From Acanthaster planci (lineage: Eukaryota), in the NCBI RefSeq assembly GCF_001949145.1, contig NW_019091359.1, forward strand, positions 3,014,861-3,078,860: 64,000 nt of DNA, given 5' to 3'. Shown one piece after another: positions 1 to 12,400 of this stretch (position 1 is its first letter; each line of letters begins with the position of its first letter). A program made the position numbers and the translations under genes. The notes beneath the pieces were generated by a model, which was not told where the DNA came from, made no database searches, and was given only the letters and a program-made list of their open reading frames with translations.

Positions 1-77
1 ACAAATATTAACTGCAGCATCTCGTATGGTCACCACCTACAGATCTACAAGCTATGATCCTACATACTTGGCTTTAA

Positions 78-132
78 AACCCTAACACTCCTCAGTCCTC
101 CAACAGGTGAAGGATTGAGGAGGGTTAGGGTT
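78..132. repeat. 55-bp hairpin mini-element, copy 1
   Basis: AACCCTAACACTCCTCAGTCCT-loop-AGGATTGAGGAGGGTTAGGGTT; near-identical copy at 31208-31264. Confidence 0.8.
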
Positions 133-194
133 CATTGGGCTAAACTGCAGAATTTCAGACTGATTTCGGTGTACATGTGAATGCATCAACTCAC

Positions 195-423
195 CTTCTC
201 CAGAGGGAAAGTCTTGCAAACATGGGGTCTGATCTTGCCCTCCTTGAAGAACCTGATGCAATCTTCCACTGACTGACGGCTTCGGGGCGGGTCATGCATG
301 CGATAGTTGCCCCAGAACAGACCCATGGCCGAGATGTTCTTGACCAGCAACAAGTTGGCTGGAATCTTGGGGATGTCTCCGCTGGCAAAGCCAATGACAA
401 CCAGACGACCTTCCCAGGAAATG
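195..423 (-). CDS. QOR-like exon 9 (ISWEGRLVVIGFASGDIPKIPANLLLVKN...TFPLEK)
   Basis: AG/GTGAGT boundaries, 229 nt; lies within ORF 186..503. Confidence 0.95.
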
Positions 424-3400
424 CTGCAGTGAGGAGGCGATTTGTACTGGGATAAACAGAAGATTCTATGCTTTATGATAACTTGGCCTTGAAACTGTGC
501 CAAGACCTATTGACTGAGCGGCCTAAGTACCATCCTCTATCAACTGATAACATGCAGATGCCTATCACATTCAAATTGCCACTCAATACTCAAAGTCCTG
601 GCAAGAAATTTTGGGGTCGGGTCTGTCCAAGAAAAAAAAGTTTCCCATCCAGTTTTCCTTATGTTGAGGAGGCATCCTTTTAACGTTTTTATTTCGCATT
701 TTTTCTAAGGTGCCAAATGGATTGTCGTGACTTTTTTGCTTTTTGTATCTAAAGAAGTTGAAATTATAACTAATACGTTTTACACTTGCATTTAAAGTAA
801 ACTATTATGGTAGCGATAATAAGTCTTGATGCACTGTAAATAAAAAAGAACCACAAAAACAAAACATTCGTAAATAAAGTAAAAGGTTTGTGGTAGCACC
901 GTGCAAGGAGGTCTATTTTGTGAGTATACGTGGGTCTGAAAAGAACCGGAGGGTATTCAACATTTTCAACAAAATCAAAATGTTATTGACAACAACTGAG
1001 GAGTTCTGTGATGGTACATCCACTTTGCCATCACAATTCAACTTTTGCCTTAAAAATTACACTCTTTTCCCAAACAGTTTTGCACAGACGTACATATATG
1101 TGACCCACCATTCCAGAACAAGGCTGAGGTAGGTAACTTCATAACTCTAAAATAGTGGAACTTCCACTGTTCAGATTTTCATGGGAGTTTTACAGCTATC
1201 ACTACCCGTAAGAAGCTTACTGCAGACAGAATGTCGATTCAACATGGATCACTTTAAAGTGTAAAACAAGCGGAAGGAGAGGAATTGTCCAACATCACAA
1301 ATACCGACTTCAGCCTGGTTTGGGGATGGGGGGTCACATAATATGATTGAAATAGTCTAACATCTTCCAGATTTGAAGAGGGGTAGCTGATCATTGTTTT
1401 TTGGTTTTTGGGAGGGTAGCATTGTTGCATAATATAGCATTTCGTAGTGCCACTTACCATCTCAAGCATTCCTTCCAGACATCTCCACCTACTGCATCCA
1501 TGATCACATTGGCTCCTTTTCCCTGTGTCAGTTCCTTAGTCTTCTCTCGCAGATTCTCCTGTTTGTAGTCGATAGTAGCAAAGGCACCCTTGTCGCTTAC
1601 CAGCTTGCATTTCTCTGGGCCTCCTGCAGCACCAATGACCTGTATGGATTACAAAGTAGTTCAAAAATGAGCACGCAACTTGACTGGAAATGAAGAAAGA
1701 TCAGATCCTGATTAAGAGAGTGACAATTCCTTCCTCTGTTTCATCTCGTTCCCAGCTGTAACCCAGAGAGGATGGTGCTCACGCATTGATCCAAACGATC
1801 GAAAGTCAGACATGAATGTGACTGTAAATCTGGCTTCAATTTTCATGGTTGTGCTAAGCTCAGACCTATGCTTAAAATCATTCTCTATAAATACACTCCA
1901 TCACAGAAATACTGTGATTATTAAGAACCATGGATCGATGGATGGATCGGTGGCATACCACATGTTCAGTCCCGGAGGAGTAGAATGGAATGTTTTCTGT
2001 CTGTCAAATGTTTCTCCCACAAAAGAATCCTCATAACTACCCTTCAATAGAAGGCAGAAGTACCACTACCATTTCCAAAATGACGGGCACTTTCCGAATT
2101 CCTTAAAACCAAAACCAAAACTAAGCACCTGGCCACAGGTCTCCAGAGGTCCACCCTGCCCCTCGCCTAGATATGCCATTGGCATGCATATGCGCAAGTC
2201 TGAATATCTCATACATATGTAAGGCTTGCCAATCTGTGAAACAGGCTCCCCCTTGGCACATCATTTCGTAATACAGTTAGTCGAAATTCCTGGCCTATTC
2301 TAAAGGGCAGTAGAGCCCAGTGTTATGGCACTGCTATTAAAGTAGAAACATATCTCAGAAAATTTTTGCGCCAAATAAAAATAAGTGAGGAACTAGTCTC
2401 AACAATATACTTTGCATGGCACTTTGGTCATTTTTGCTGAGCAAATATTTTCTCTGCTTTATGAACATGGCTCAAGCTGGTCATAAAATGATAGCCAGCT
2501 ATCATGAGACTCCTCTATAAAAACAATCTGCTCACAGATTGCTAGCCAGAAATCTGACTGTTTTGATGTGGATCTGTGTCGCACTGAGTAGAAGTTTTTA
2601 AACACCGACCTTAGCACCAAGGACCTTGGAGGCTAACTCCACTGATGCCAAACCAACTCCCCCAGCAGCCGCTGTCACTAGGACTGTCTCACTGTGAAGA
2701 GATAACACACTCCATATCAGGATCAGATTATGACCAAGCTAGATGGTTGGGCTCTATCTCACAGCTGGAAAATGGCCAAAGAGTTTTCTTAAAATGTACA
2801 TGTAAATGTAGCTATGAACAATAGCCACAGCAATCATTGATGAAACAGGTCATCTGAAAGCCACATTAAATTGTTCACTGCAGCTCAATGATAATGAAAA
2901 TGAAAAAAAAAGTCAGTAGAAGAAAAACAAACATACATGACGGAAAGGTGGCATATGACCTTACTGGACCTCATGCATGCAAGATACTGGTATCATAAAA
3001 GAAGGGGTATTTGACAGGGCCTGGGAGAGAGAATCCAACAGAATTGATGAAAGAGCGGATTTATAAATCACTATTGAATTCTTGATTCTTCAATATGAAG
3101 ATATGTTCTTTTGATACATGATGATGAAGTAAAACATGAATTATACAAAGCAATTTGCTTCTACCAATTTGTTAACTGGTGAAGGGCTTTTGGAGAGGTT
3201 TGGCTTACAATACTGGCAATCTAAGTAAACTGCAGCATAAACTCCATGATGAAACAGCAAGTGGTTATGTGTAGTATACTCATCAGAGCTTCGGCCATGT
3301 GTAATTAAACCAGCTGCGGCTGAGAATTGCGCAAGTACCTATGGAAGCCACAAACTTGTGGCTTCATGCATCTGGTATGGAAGTATGGTTATCTCCAGCC

Positions 3401-6400
3401 ACAGTGAAGTAACTATGACACTTTTAATGATAAACTCATCATCACAAGTGGGCACTGATTCACAAGCACGAACGGTACAGATTGAGGGAGAAATTAGCTT
3501 TTGACGGAATGAGTACAAGCATGCAATAACTGCATTTGACAGGGAAACGTGTGAGTAAGAGGTACGACTGAAGTGACACTCACGTGTTCATCAGATGCCC
3601 TTTTATTTTTAGAACTGAAGACGTGGTTACATGTAAAATGCCAATCTATCACAGTGACTCACCCTGGCTGTGTGTTAGCCCTACGGGTTAATCCCATCCA
3701 AGCTGTGCCGTACGACACAGGTAAAGAAGCTGCCTCCTCATAGCCCATGGAGTCAGGAATTTGAAACAGCTCCTAGAAGACAATGATGCCATATACATGT
3801 TCATGTAAATAGTATGGACTCGCAATGCTCTCGTACCAACTGAAGCCACAGACGGCCATCTTATCATGCTGAATACATTGTAAATACCGGTATTGTTGCC
3901 ACAATTTGTATTTGGCACTTTCAAATGGCTGCTGGTGGCCCCAATAGAGGGATTTCACATTAGCACCATCTGCGCATATTCGCATCGAAACTGAGGCCCT
4001 CTGTGTTGAACTTCGTCGCGGGCGCCCGCGCCTGTGGGGTCCATACAGTACATGGAGTATCCGGTTCGTAATGTGGTGCCACTTCAGTTTAAACCACGCC
4101 CACTGCACATGGCGATACACGACCATCGCAAGTACATGTACGTTAGTTCGCGGTAAAGTGCCGTTATTTTTTCTTTTGATTTTACGTGTCGAGTTATCCT
4201 GAAAGATTCTTCCACAAAAATTTGCAGCTTGAAAAGTCTAAATTTAACATACCTTTATGTATTTTGTGTCTTAAGAATTGAAGCTGACACACAGCCTCTT
4301 TTTCAAACGCGGAAGTTCGCAGACCTGGCACCAGTACTGAACTACTGAGTCAGAAGATGCACCCATAAATAGCTGAGGAGGCTCCACTCTACTTTGCACA
4401 ACACTGGGAACAGGTGCAACAACGTTGCTGTGCTTTGGAGTGACACTTTAAGCTATCACTTGATGGATTTCAGGGAAAAGATGCCCTCACCCATGATCTG
4501 ACCATAATTCTCATATTCACCACCCGAGGGGCACTTCATGAATCAGGCGTACATTTCCTTGTATCAGTTCATTACATGGCATGATAAAGTAAAGAAACAA
4601 ACCCTCCACAATCCGAATAGTTGGAGCAACTTGGAATGTCCTTAATTTTTTTTCTGACTGAGCAGAATGTGAATGCTATTTTCACAAAGAAAAGAAAACT
4701 TTAGATGAATGAATCAAGCGAAATGACAGAGTTACAGCAACCAAATGCTACTTGAAAGATTTCCCACTTTCACTAGTTATGATCATCCATATGGAAATGC
4801 ACCATACGTACAACTGTATACTTATTATTTAACATTTTTGTATTTGACAAACCAGGGGCCAATTTCATAGAGCTGCTTAAGCCCAAAATTTGCTTAAGGG
4901 CCAGAAAACCTTACTTGATAATGAGCAAAAACTCCATTATTTTGGGACTGTATTTAGCTGTTTTTTGGTTAGCATGATAATCAGATAGAGTTTGAACTGG
5001 TAACCTTTGTTAATTAAGCAAAGTTTTTTCCCAATTAAGCAAATATTGTGCTTAATTGGCCCTAGAAACACCCCCATTCAGTATTGCAAAAGGAAAAAAC
5101 TGTATTATCAACTATAACTGAAAAAAACCCAGGATATCTCGATACCAAGAATGAAGGAAATAAAACAGACCATTAATGAAGTTTGAAGGAAATGGGACAT
5201 ACAGTAGTTCTGGATTTCATATAAATAGGGAACTAAAAAAAGAGACAAACATCATAACTCACATTTTCATAAGCCACACATTCTTCAGAAAAGCCAGCTC
5301 CCACGGCTAAAAGACCAATCACACGATCTCCCTGACAAAACAAATCAACACAAAGACAATAGTTGGCTTCGGCAGGGAACCATATTTTCTCAAAATAGAT
5401 ACCAATATTTCATTTCTTAGCTGTGTTGATGCAATAGGTTCACTGTAATCCGAAAACAATGAATTTCATTTAAGAAGGAATAATTGAAAATTCTAGGATA
5501 CATAAATGAAATCTCACCTTTTTGAAAGAACTCACACCTTCTCCTATGTCTAACACCTCTCCAGCAACTTCATTACCTGAATGAATAAAACATACAACGA
5601 TCCAAATTACGGTTTATTTAGACAAGCAGAAATCTGGTTTTGGCTTTCACAACCAAGCATGTACAGCAAAAGTGTATACCATGTATTTCAATGTTTTTAC
5701 TGGCCAATCAAAGGCTGTTATATCAAATGCTCACTCATTGGTCAGCAAGCAGTGATGTCATGCATACGTAATCATTAAATCTGAATATGAATCACAGATG
5801 CTTGCCGAGTAAGATTGCTGGAACAGGAAACAGTTTGCAGGGTTCAAAATTCTCCTGAAACATTTGTGGTTCAGATCATGTACAAGCAGCTAGTACATTC
5901 TGTGAATTGTTTATTTAATGAATACATCAAAAAAAAGTAGGACAAGTACATGTACATGTACGTACTAGTTCTTTCTTTTAGCTTTGTGTTTTTCAGACAT
6001 CATGGGGAATATGACAGAAATCTGCCTGTTATATCCTTTGAACATATGAAGTAATGACTGGACAAAACTTACCAGGTCTGAAGATGATACTCTGTATGAA
6101 TGGTACTGACCTGGGGTAAATGGTAGAGGTGGCTTGACCTGGTACTGACCGGCCACTGTCAGAATGTCCGCAAAATTGACCCCACAGGTATGAATGGCCA
6201 CGCGCACCTTGGAGAAATTTTTATTTAATTTCAGATCTTAATAACAAGTACACTAATCAGGAACCATTTCAGACTCAACCATTTTCACAATATTGAATGC
6301 CAATCAAACCTCACATTACAGTACATCCCTGTTCAAGATCCTAGTGATGATGCGTTTTCTCTACACACTGATGATGATTCCCATATTCTTGACTTTCTTT

Positions 6401-9400
6401 GAAGATGAGACATCATTACACCTGGCGGGCTTTAAACAATAGGCTCACCTGCCCATCTGACAGGCTGTCTGGGCTTGGTACTTGGCTGATGGTTAGGGGT
6501 TTTCCCAACTCATTGCACACTGCAGCTCTGTGAGTGTGTCGGACACTAGCAACACTGTGAGGACCGATGGCACTGCTTGTAAGCAGAGGAGCTTTACAAC
6601 TTGTAAGATTGCCTCTGGAGAAAAAGAACCCAAATTCATATATGTGTGAAAAGAAGTCTCATGTCCAGCACTATGTGTGTATGTTAGACTGCAGACCTCA
6701 CCCCATGAGGACAGGCATGACCCTTCATGAGGACGGGCAAGGCCCTGCTTCTGAGGACCTTGAAAGGGCACACAATACATGTACTGCATGGACGGCTGTT
6801 TTGATCTCAGAGGGCACACAATACATGTACTGGACAGCTGTTTCGATCTCAGAGGGCACACAATACATGTACTGCAAGGACAGCTGTTTAGATCTCAGAG
6901 GGCACACAATACATGTACTGCANNNNNNNNNNNNNNNNNNNNNNNNNNNNNNNNNNNNNNNNNNNNNNNNNNNNNNNNNNNNNNNNNNNNNNNNNNNNNN
7001 NNNNNNNNNNNNNNNNNNNNNNNNNNNNNNNNNNNNNNNNNNNNNNNNNNNNNNNNNNNNNNNNNNNNNNNNNNNNNNNNNNNNNNNNNNNNNNNNNNNN
7101 NNNNNNNNNNNNNNNNNNNNNNNNNNNNNNNNNNNNNNNNNNNNNNNNNNNNNNNNNNNNNNNNNNNNNNNNNNNNNNNNNNNNNNNNNNNNNNNNNNNN
7201 NNNNNNNNNNNNNNNNNNNNNNNNNNNNNNNNNNNNNNNNNNNNNNNNNNNNNNNNNNNNNNNNNNNNNNNNNNNNNNNNNNNNNNNNNNNNNNNNNNNN
7301 NNNNNNNNNNNNNNNNNNNNNNNNNNNNNNNNNNNNNNNNNNNNNNNNNNNNNNNNNNNNNNNNNNNNNNNNNNNNNNNNNNNNNNNNNNNNNNNNNNNN
7401 NNNNNNNNNNNNNNNNNNNNNNNNNNNNNNNNNNNNNNNNNNNNNNNNNNNNNNNNNNNNNNNNNNNNNNNNNNNNNNNNNNNNNNNNNNNNNNNNNNNN
7501 NNNNNNNNNNNNNNNNNNNNNNNNNNNNNNNNNNNNNNNNNNNNNNNNNNNNNNNNNNNNNNNNNNNNNNNNNNNNNNNNNNNNNNNNNNNNNNNNNNNN
7601 NNNNNNNNNNNNNNNNNNNNNNNNNNNNNNNNNNNNNNNNNNNNNNNNNNNNNNNNNNNNNNNNNCCTGACAGCTTCTGAAGACATCCAAGATATTGTTC
7701 TGCAATATGAAAATGCTTACAACTTAGTCAGGTTAGTGTATAATGGTATTTCTTCGCCTTCCACCTCTGCGGTCCTGGGTTCCATTCCAGGCTCGGTCTA
7801 CATGTGGATTGGGTTTTCAGTCCCTGGCTGATTCCGTGGGTTTTACCCAGAATATTCCTTGGGGTTTTCCTCCCACCTCAAAACCTGTTACTGCTTCTCA
7901 TTGTCTCCTCTCTACAGGTTTCTTCAGGCTTGCAAGCTCCAGTACCCAGGGTACTTTTGAGGAATCCTTTTACCAGAAATGAATAATAATGGTATGCTAT
8001 GGTATCTAACCTGAAAACACATGTAGTGTTTGAGAATGACCAGTGACACTGGGCCAAATCATTCATACATGTATGACCAACGTCTTGTGAACATGTGAAT
8101 ATCTGCAGGTTACTGACTTCAATTATTATGAACCAGGAGTGAAACCAATAACTTGACCTCAAACATTAAAGGGTAGTAAATAAAGAGCATTCTGACCTTA
8201 AATTGTGCCATGCTTCTGATGAGACAAACTGCTGGTAGAAACAACTTGGGGGATTTTTTTTCCAATTCTATTTTTGGTAATATTGCAAAGTGTAATCTAA
8301 ACTTGTCTAATAAATTTGTAAAAGCTTGAGGCTGCAATTTCCTCTCTCAGAGGTAACAGGTGCAAAGATTATTGACAAGTTGCCTGAAAGTGTTTTAAGA
8401 GCCTGTTTTGACTGAGGGTGTACTAAGCGCCTTTTGGGGAAACCACACTATGAATCACTATGAAAATACGTCACCGCATGATGAATACTACTGCTAGATT
8501 GCGACATAAACACAATAGTATCCCTTTATAACAACTGAACGATTGAGCTCAATGCAGAGAAGGCTATGTACAGTCTTTGTACATGTACATTGTACACATG
8601 TATATGTACATTGTATGTTGTCAGTCAACTACAAAACGCGTTGCTACAAAATTCTGCGACCAGATTTGTATGATTATGTACATGCAAATGCACAACCTTT
8701 TGTATGATGGTACCTAAGCACTGAACCATGGAAGAGTTCCTTCATCCAGGATTCAATGCTGAGGTCACAGCACACATCTAATCCACAGCCCACAGGTTGT
8801 CAAAGTGCCAAAATCTACGCACAGCACAGTATGGCATCACTGCAGTTATCTGATAGAGATGGGTAATCAATGCATCCCTAAGGTCCTGATTGCAACCTGA
8901 CACTCTCTATCAGGCCAGTTCTGTGCATGTTACTTCCTCATAGCAACCCAAGGGCAGATCAGAGGGGAAAATCCCCCATGCAAAAATGGGGCACACAGAC
9001 ACAATACCTATTCACTGTGACCACTACCACACTGGCATGGGTGTATGGTTATAAATAGCTGTGACACCATAAAATCAACACTCTGTGGCACCCCTCTGTG
9101 ATGAGGCATGTGCATGCATGTAACCGGACACATAAAGGACAGATTGTTGATATCTGGGCTGAGTACACAGGAGGGCAGACCATTATTCAGCAATTGAACT
9201 TGGTTGAAACAAGAAGTGGAAGCGTGGTATACCTTTTTATGCTGGCCTTTGGTAACAGTAAAATGAGGAAGTCAGGCAGTCAAATCTTTGTTGGGACTCC
9301 AGCAAGCAGGCATCGAAACTAACCATCGAGTTGCCAATTACAGGTTGAAGTTTACTGAAATGGTCCGTGCAATCATGCGAAAAGCTATGCGCAAGGCGTT

Positions 9401-12400
9401 CTCCACGCCAGTCAATTTCCTAAGACGACTGTCCATATCTTCAGATCGATATTCATTTGTCTCTTCCACATTCTACGATGCAGATGTTGATGAGGATGAT
9501 AGTGAAGACAATGATGAGACAGGTAGGCCACCAGATTTGGTTTACATTTCAATAATAAATAGTTCTTTATGTAGCGCATTGTACAACGATTTTCCATGTG
9601 CTTCTGGTAATTAACAGGTATGTCTTGAGTCCATAATTTGAAATGTGCCAAGGATAGGCTGATCTTCATGGGACAAAGATTGGCATCTTCTTACACTGCT
9701 CCATACTGAAATGTCACTGATGACCATGCACACCATAGTTCTAATAACCCATGTGTATCAAAAAAAGGTACATGTGTGTTTTATTTATCGGTTATTGTCT
9801 GTAAAAGTTCATTACAGCTAATTCACGTGAAGTACCTGTAATCCTGACTACCGGTATGATGAAGCAATTTTCTGAAGCTGTTGGATTTATGAGTGTGCAC
9901 TTTAACCTCTGGCAACTAAAAGCATACATGTACATGTACTTAGTGCAACACAGTTTCCAACACTTCAGCAGGGGTGTCTATCAATAACAAACTCAATACC
10001 TTAAAATGAAGTTGAGTCCATCTATTCGGAGTCTGAGCCAAGGCCGAGTCCATTTTTGTCCGAGTCCGGCTCAAGTCCGACTCCATATTGTTGAGTCCGA
10101 GCTGAGTCCGAGTTCCCAATATTGCCCTCCAGGGCCCAAATCTCGGACACACCAAAGATTTGTTGGAATTGAAGGATGTCAAGGTCATTTGGCAACACAA
10201 CAACATGGTATACATCCCTGTGCCACGTGCATGATTCATTCAAAAGTTTCTGTTTCAACCCAAAATTTGACAAGTGGGATCAATACTTACATAAGTAACT
10301 ACAATCAGTACTTACATAAGTACATGTAACTACATGTGTATATCCAAGAATTTCAATTGCATAGGATATCTACCACTCTGGGACTCAAACAGACACTCTC
10401 TTGCTGGCAATGCCAGCTTTTGGAAAGCATCAGAAATGAATCAGGAGAATAGCCATGATCATGAAAAACCACGAATGCTCATGCGTCTATGTCCTTAGGT
10501 TCACGGTCAACTCAGTCCGTAACCAACTCAATCCGAGTCCACTCGTACTCTGTCCCTTTGAAAAAATTTGATTATTTTTAACTTGGACGCAACTTCGTCG
10601 GTTATACCCTGTTTTTGTCAAATCAGTCATAAAGACCTGGTTATTGGCTATTTTTGGCAAATACAGAAAATTTAAGTTTTTGTGTACAATATTTCTGAGT
10701 TGACTAGGTGCCCTATGTCTAGACTGTACAGTAGGCCTACTGATTTTGAAGGATGTTTGCTCCGAAGGTGCCGCACAAAGTTGTTCTCAACTTCTCTGTG
10801 CACACCTTACCACTTTCATTTCAATTTCGTTTCATTCAAAACTTTCATTTTGCTTTTTGAAGGCTGGCTGCTTCTTGACGGTTTGTAAACCCAAAACGGA
10901 TTACCTGTGACAGGGACATGCTTTGATGAACTGACAGTGAGGGCAAGATGGGCAAGGCAAAATAATAACTAAATGACTAGACATGATGCGTGCACGTGTG
11001 CAGCATGTACAGTGTACAGTAAATGGACCTATGAACTTGTGCATAAAAAAGTGGACAGGATACCAGTTAACTTTTACTAAATTAACTAAATATTAAATAC
11101 AAAGGTAACATTGATATGACTAAATATTAAATACAAGTACCAGTAAAAAACCGGTAAAAAATCACTTGTCCAGTGATTCATAAATGATGAACAAACTTTT
11201 TGTGTCTCAAATTTAATCCCAACATTCTATAAAAAATGGTGATTAATGAAGTATCGACTAAATGTGTATGAAGGCATTTTATGGTCATATCTGCTGTGCA
11301 GTGATGTTGGCAGATGTCACAAGAAGAAAACTGTAAACAAGTCAATCCTTCATGAACAATGTTTTTACGCTGCACTGCACAGGCAACTCTGTGAAAGCGG
11401 TTACGCACCTTTTACATGTGCTTGCCGTTATTCTAGACCCCAAAATGATGGGCCATAACCAAACAATTATTGAAAACAGATGTAGACAGTTTTTTCAATG
11501 AAATTTCTGAATTTTATGAACAGTTTCGAATGGACTTGATTCAAGTCCAGTAAGTAGTCCAAGTCAGCCACTAGCTGAGACCGAGCCAAGCCGAGTCCAA
11601 AACGACCTGTGTCCAAGCTGATTCACGAATCCAAAAAATTGGACTGGAGTCCGAGTCAGGACTCGAGTCGTCCATCACTGCAACAGGGTTTAAATGACCC
11701 TGCACTGACTGTATCAATTATTCATGATGACTCGCAGTGTAGTTTAATAATCACTGTGTTCTTTTCCATAACTAATATTGCAAAGCACTTGTCTCCCTCT
11801 GAGTAGGTACAATGTACCATTGGACTGATTTTCTACCGTTTAATAAACAAAACTGGCCAAAAATTATTGCATGCTTATTGACAGAAATAACCAGGCATAC
11901 ACATCACACAGGTTTCGTCTTGCCTTTCTGTACAAGACTTGAAATACAGAGGCTGTCATGTAGATCGACTTTGTTTGAGTGTAAACAAAAAAACTAAAAA
12001 AAAAATCAATGTAGCAAACCAACGACTGAGTCGGACTGAAAACTAGAGACTAAGAATGCAATCAAAGTCATGCATCGGTCAAGTACACGCACCAAACCCA
12101 AGAGGAAAAGGACAAGGATAATATCCTGGGGTCAAGTAAACAACTCAATCTTTCTTCACACGTTGTCCCACATGAAACAAGGCCAATGCTAATGTTAATA
12201 GTTAATGTGAACTGCCTTGTTTTATCAAATGACTTACTATCTGTGATGATCTGGAACAGTGAGTCTACAAAGTTTGTGGCTTGAAAAAGAAAGTTCATGT
12301 ACGGTACCGTACATGAACTGGTGTAATGGTACATGTAGAACACCATTTTACCTACACCTGTGAGTAAGATTTGAAGCTTTGCACGGTGGATGAAACATAA

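Noticed and set aside
3246..3323. ATGATGA...CTGA resembling a box C/D snoRNA
   Set aside because: Antisense to the host intron, no convincing terminal stem, and no guide sequence I can recognise.
6567..7831. Long ORFs of 255-367 aa around 6.6-7.8 kb, and similar ones at 17.7-18.1 kb
   Set aside because: Artefacts of translating N gaps and adjacent minisatellites.
8216..8242. CTGATGAG...GAAAC hammerhead-like core
   Set aside because: Helix II closing pair and the flanking helices do not form.
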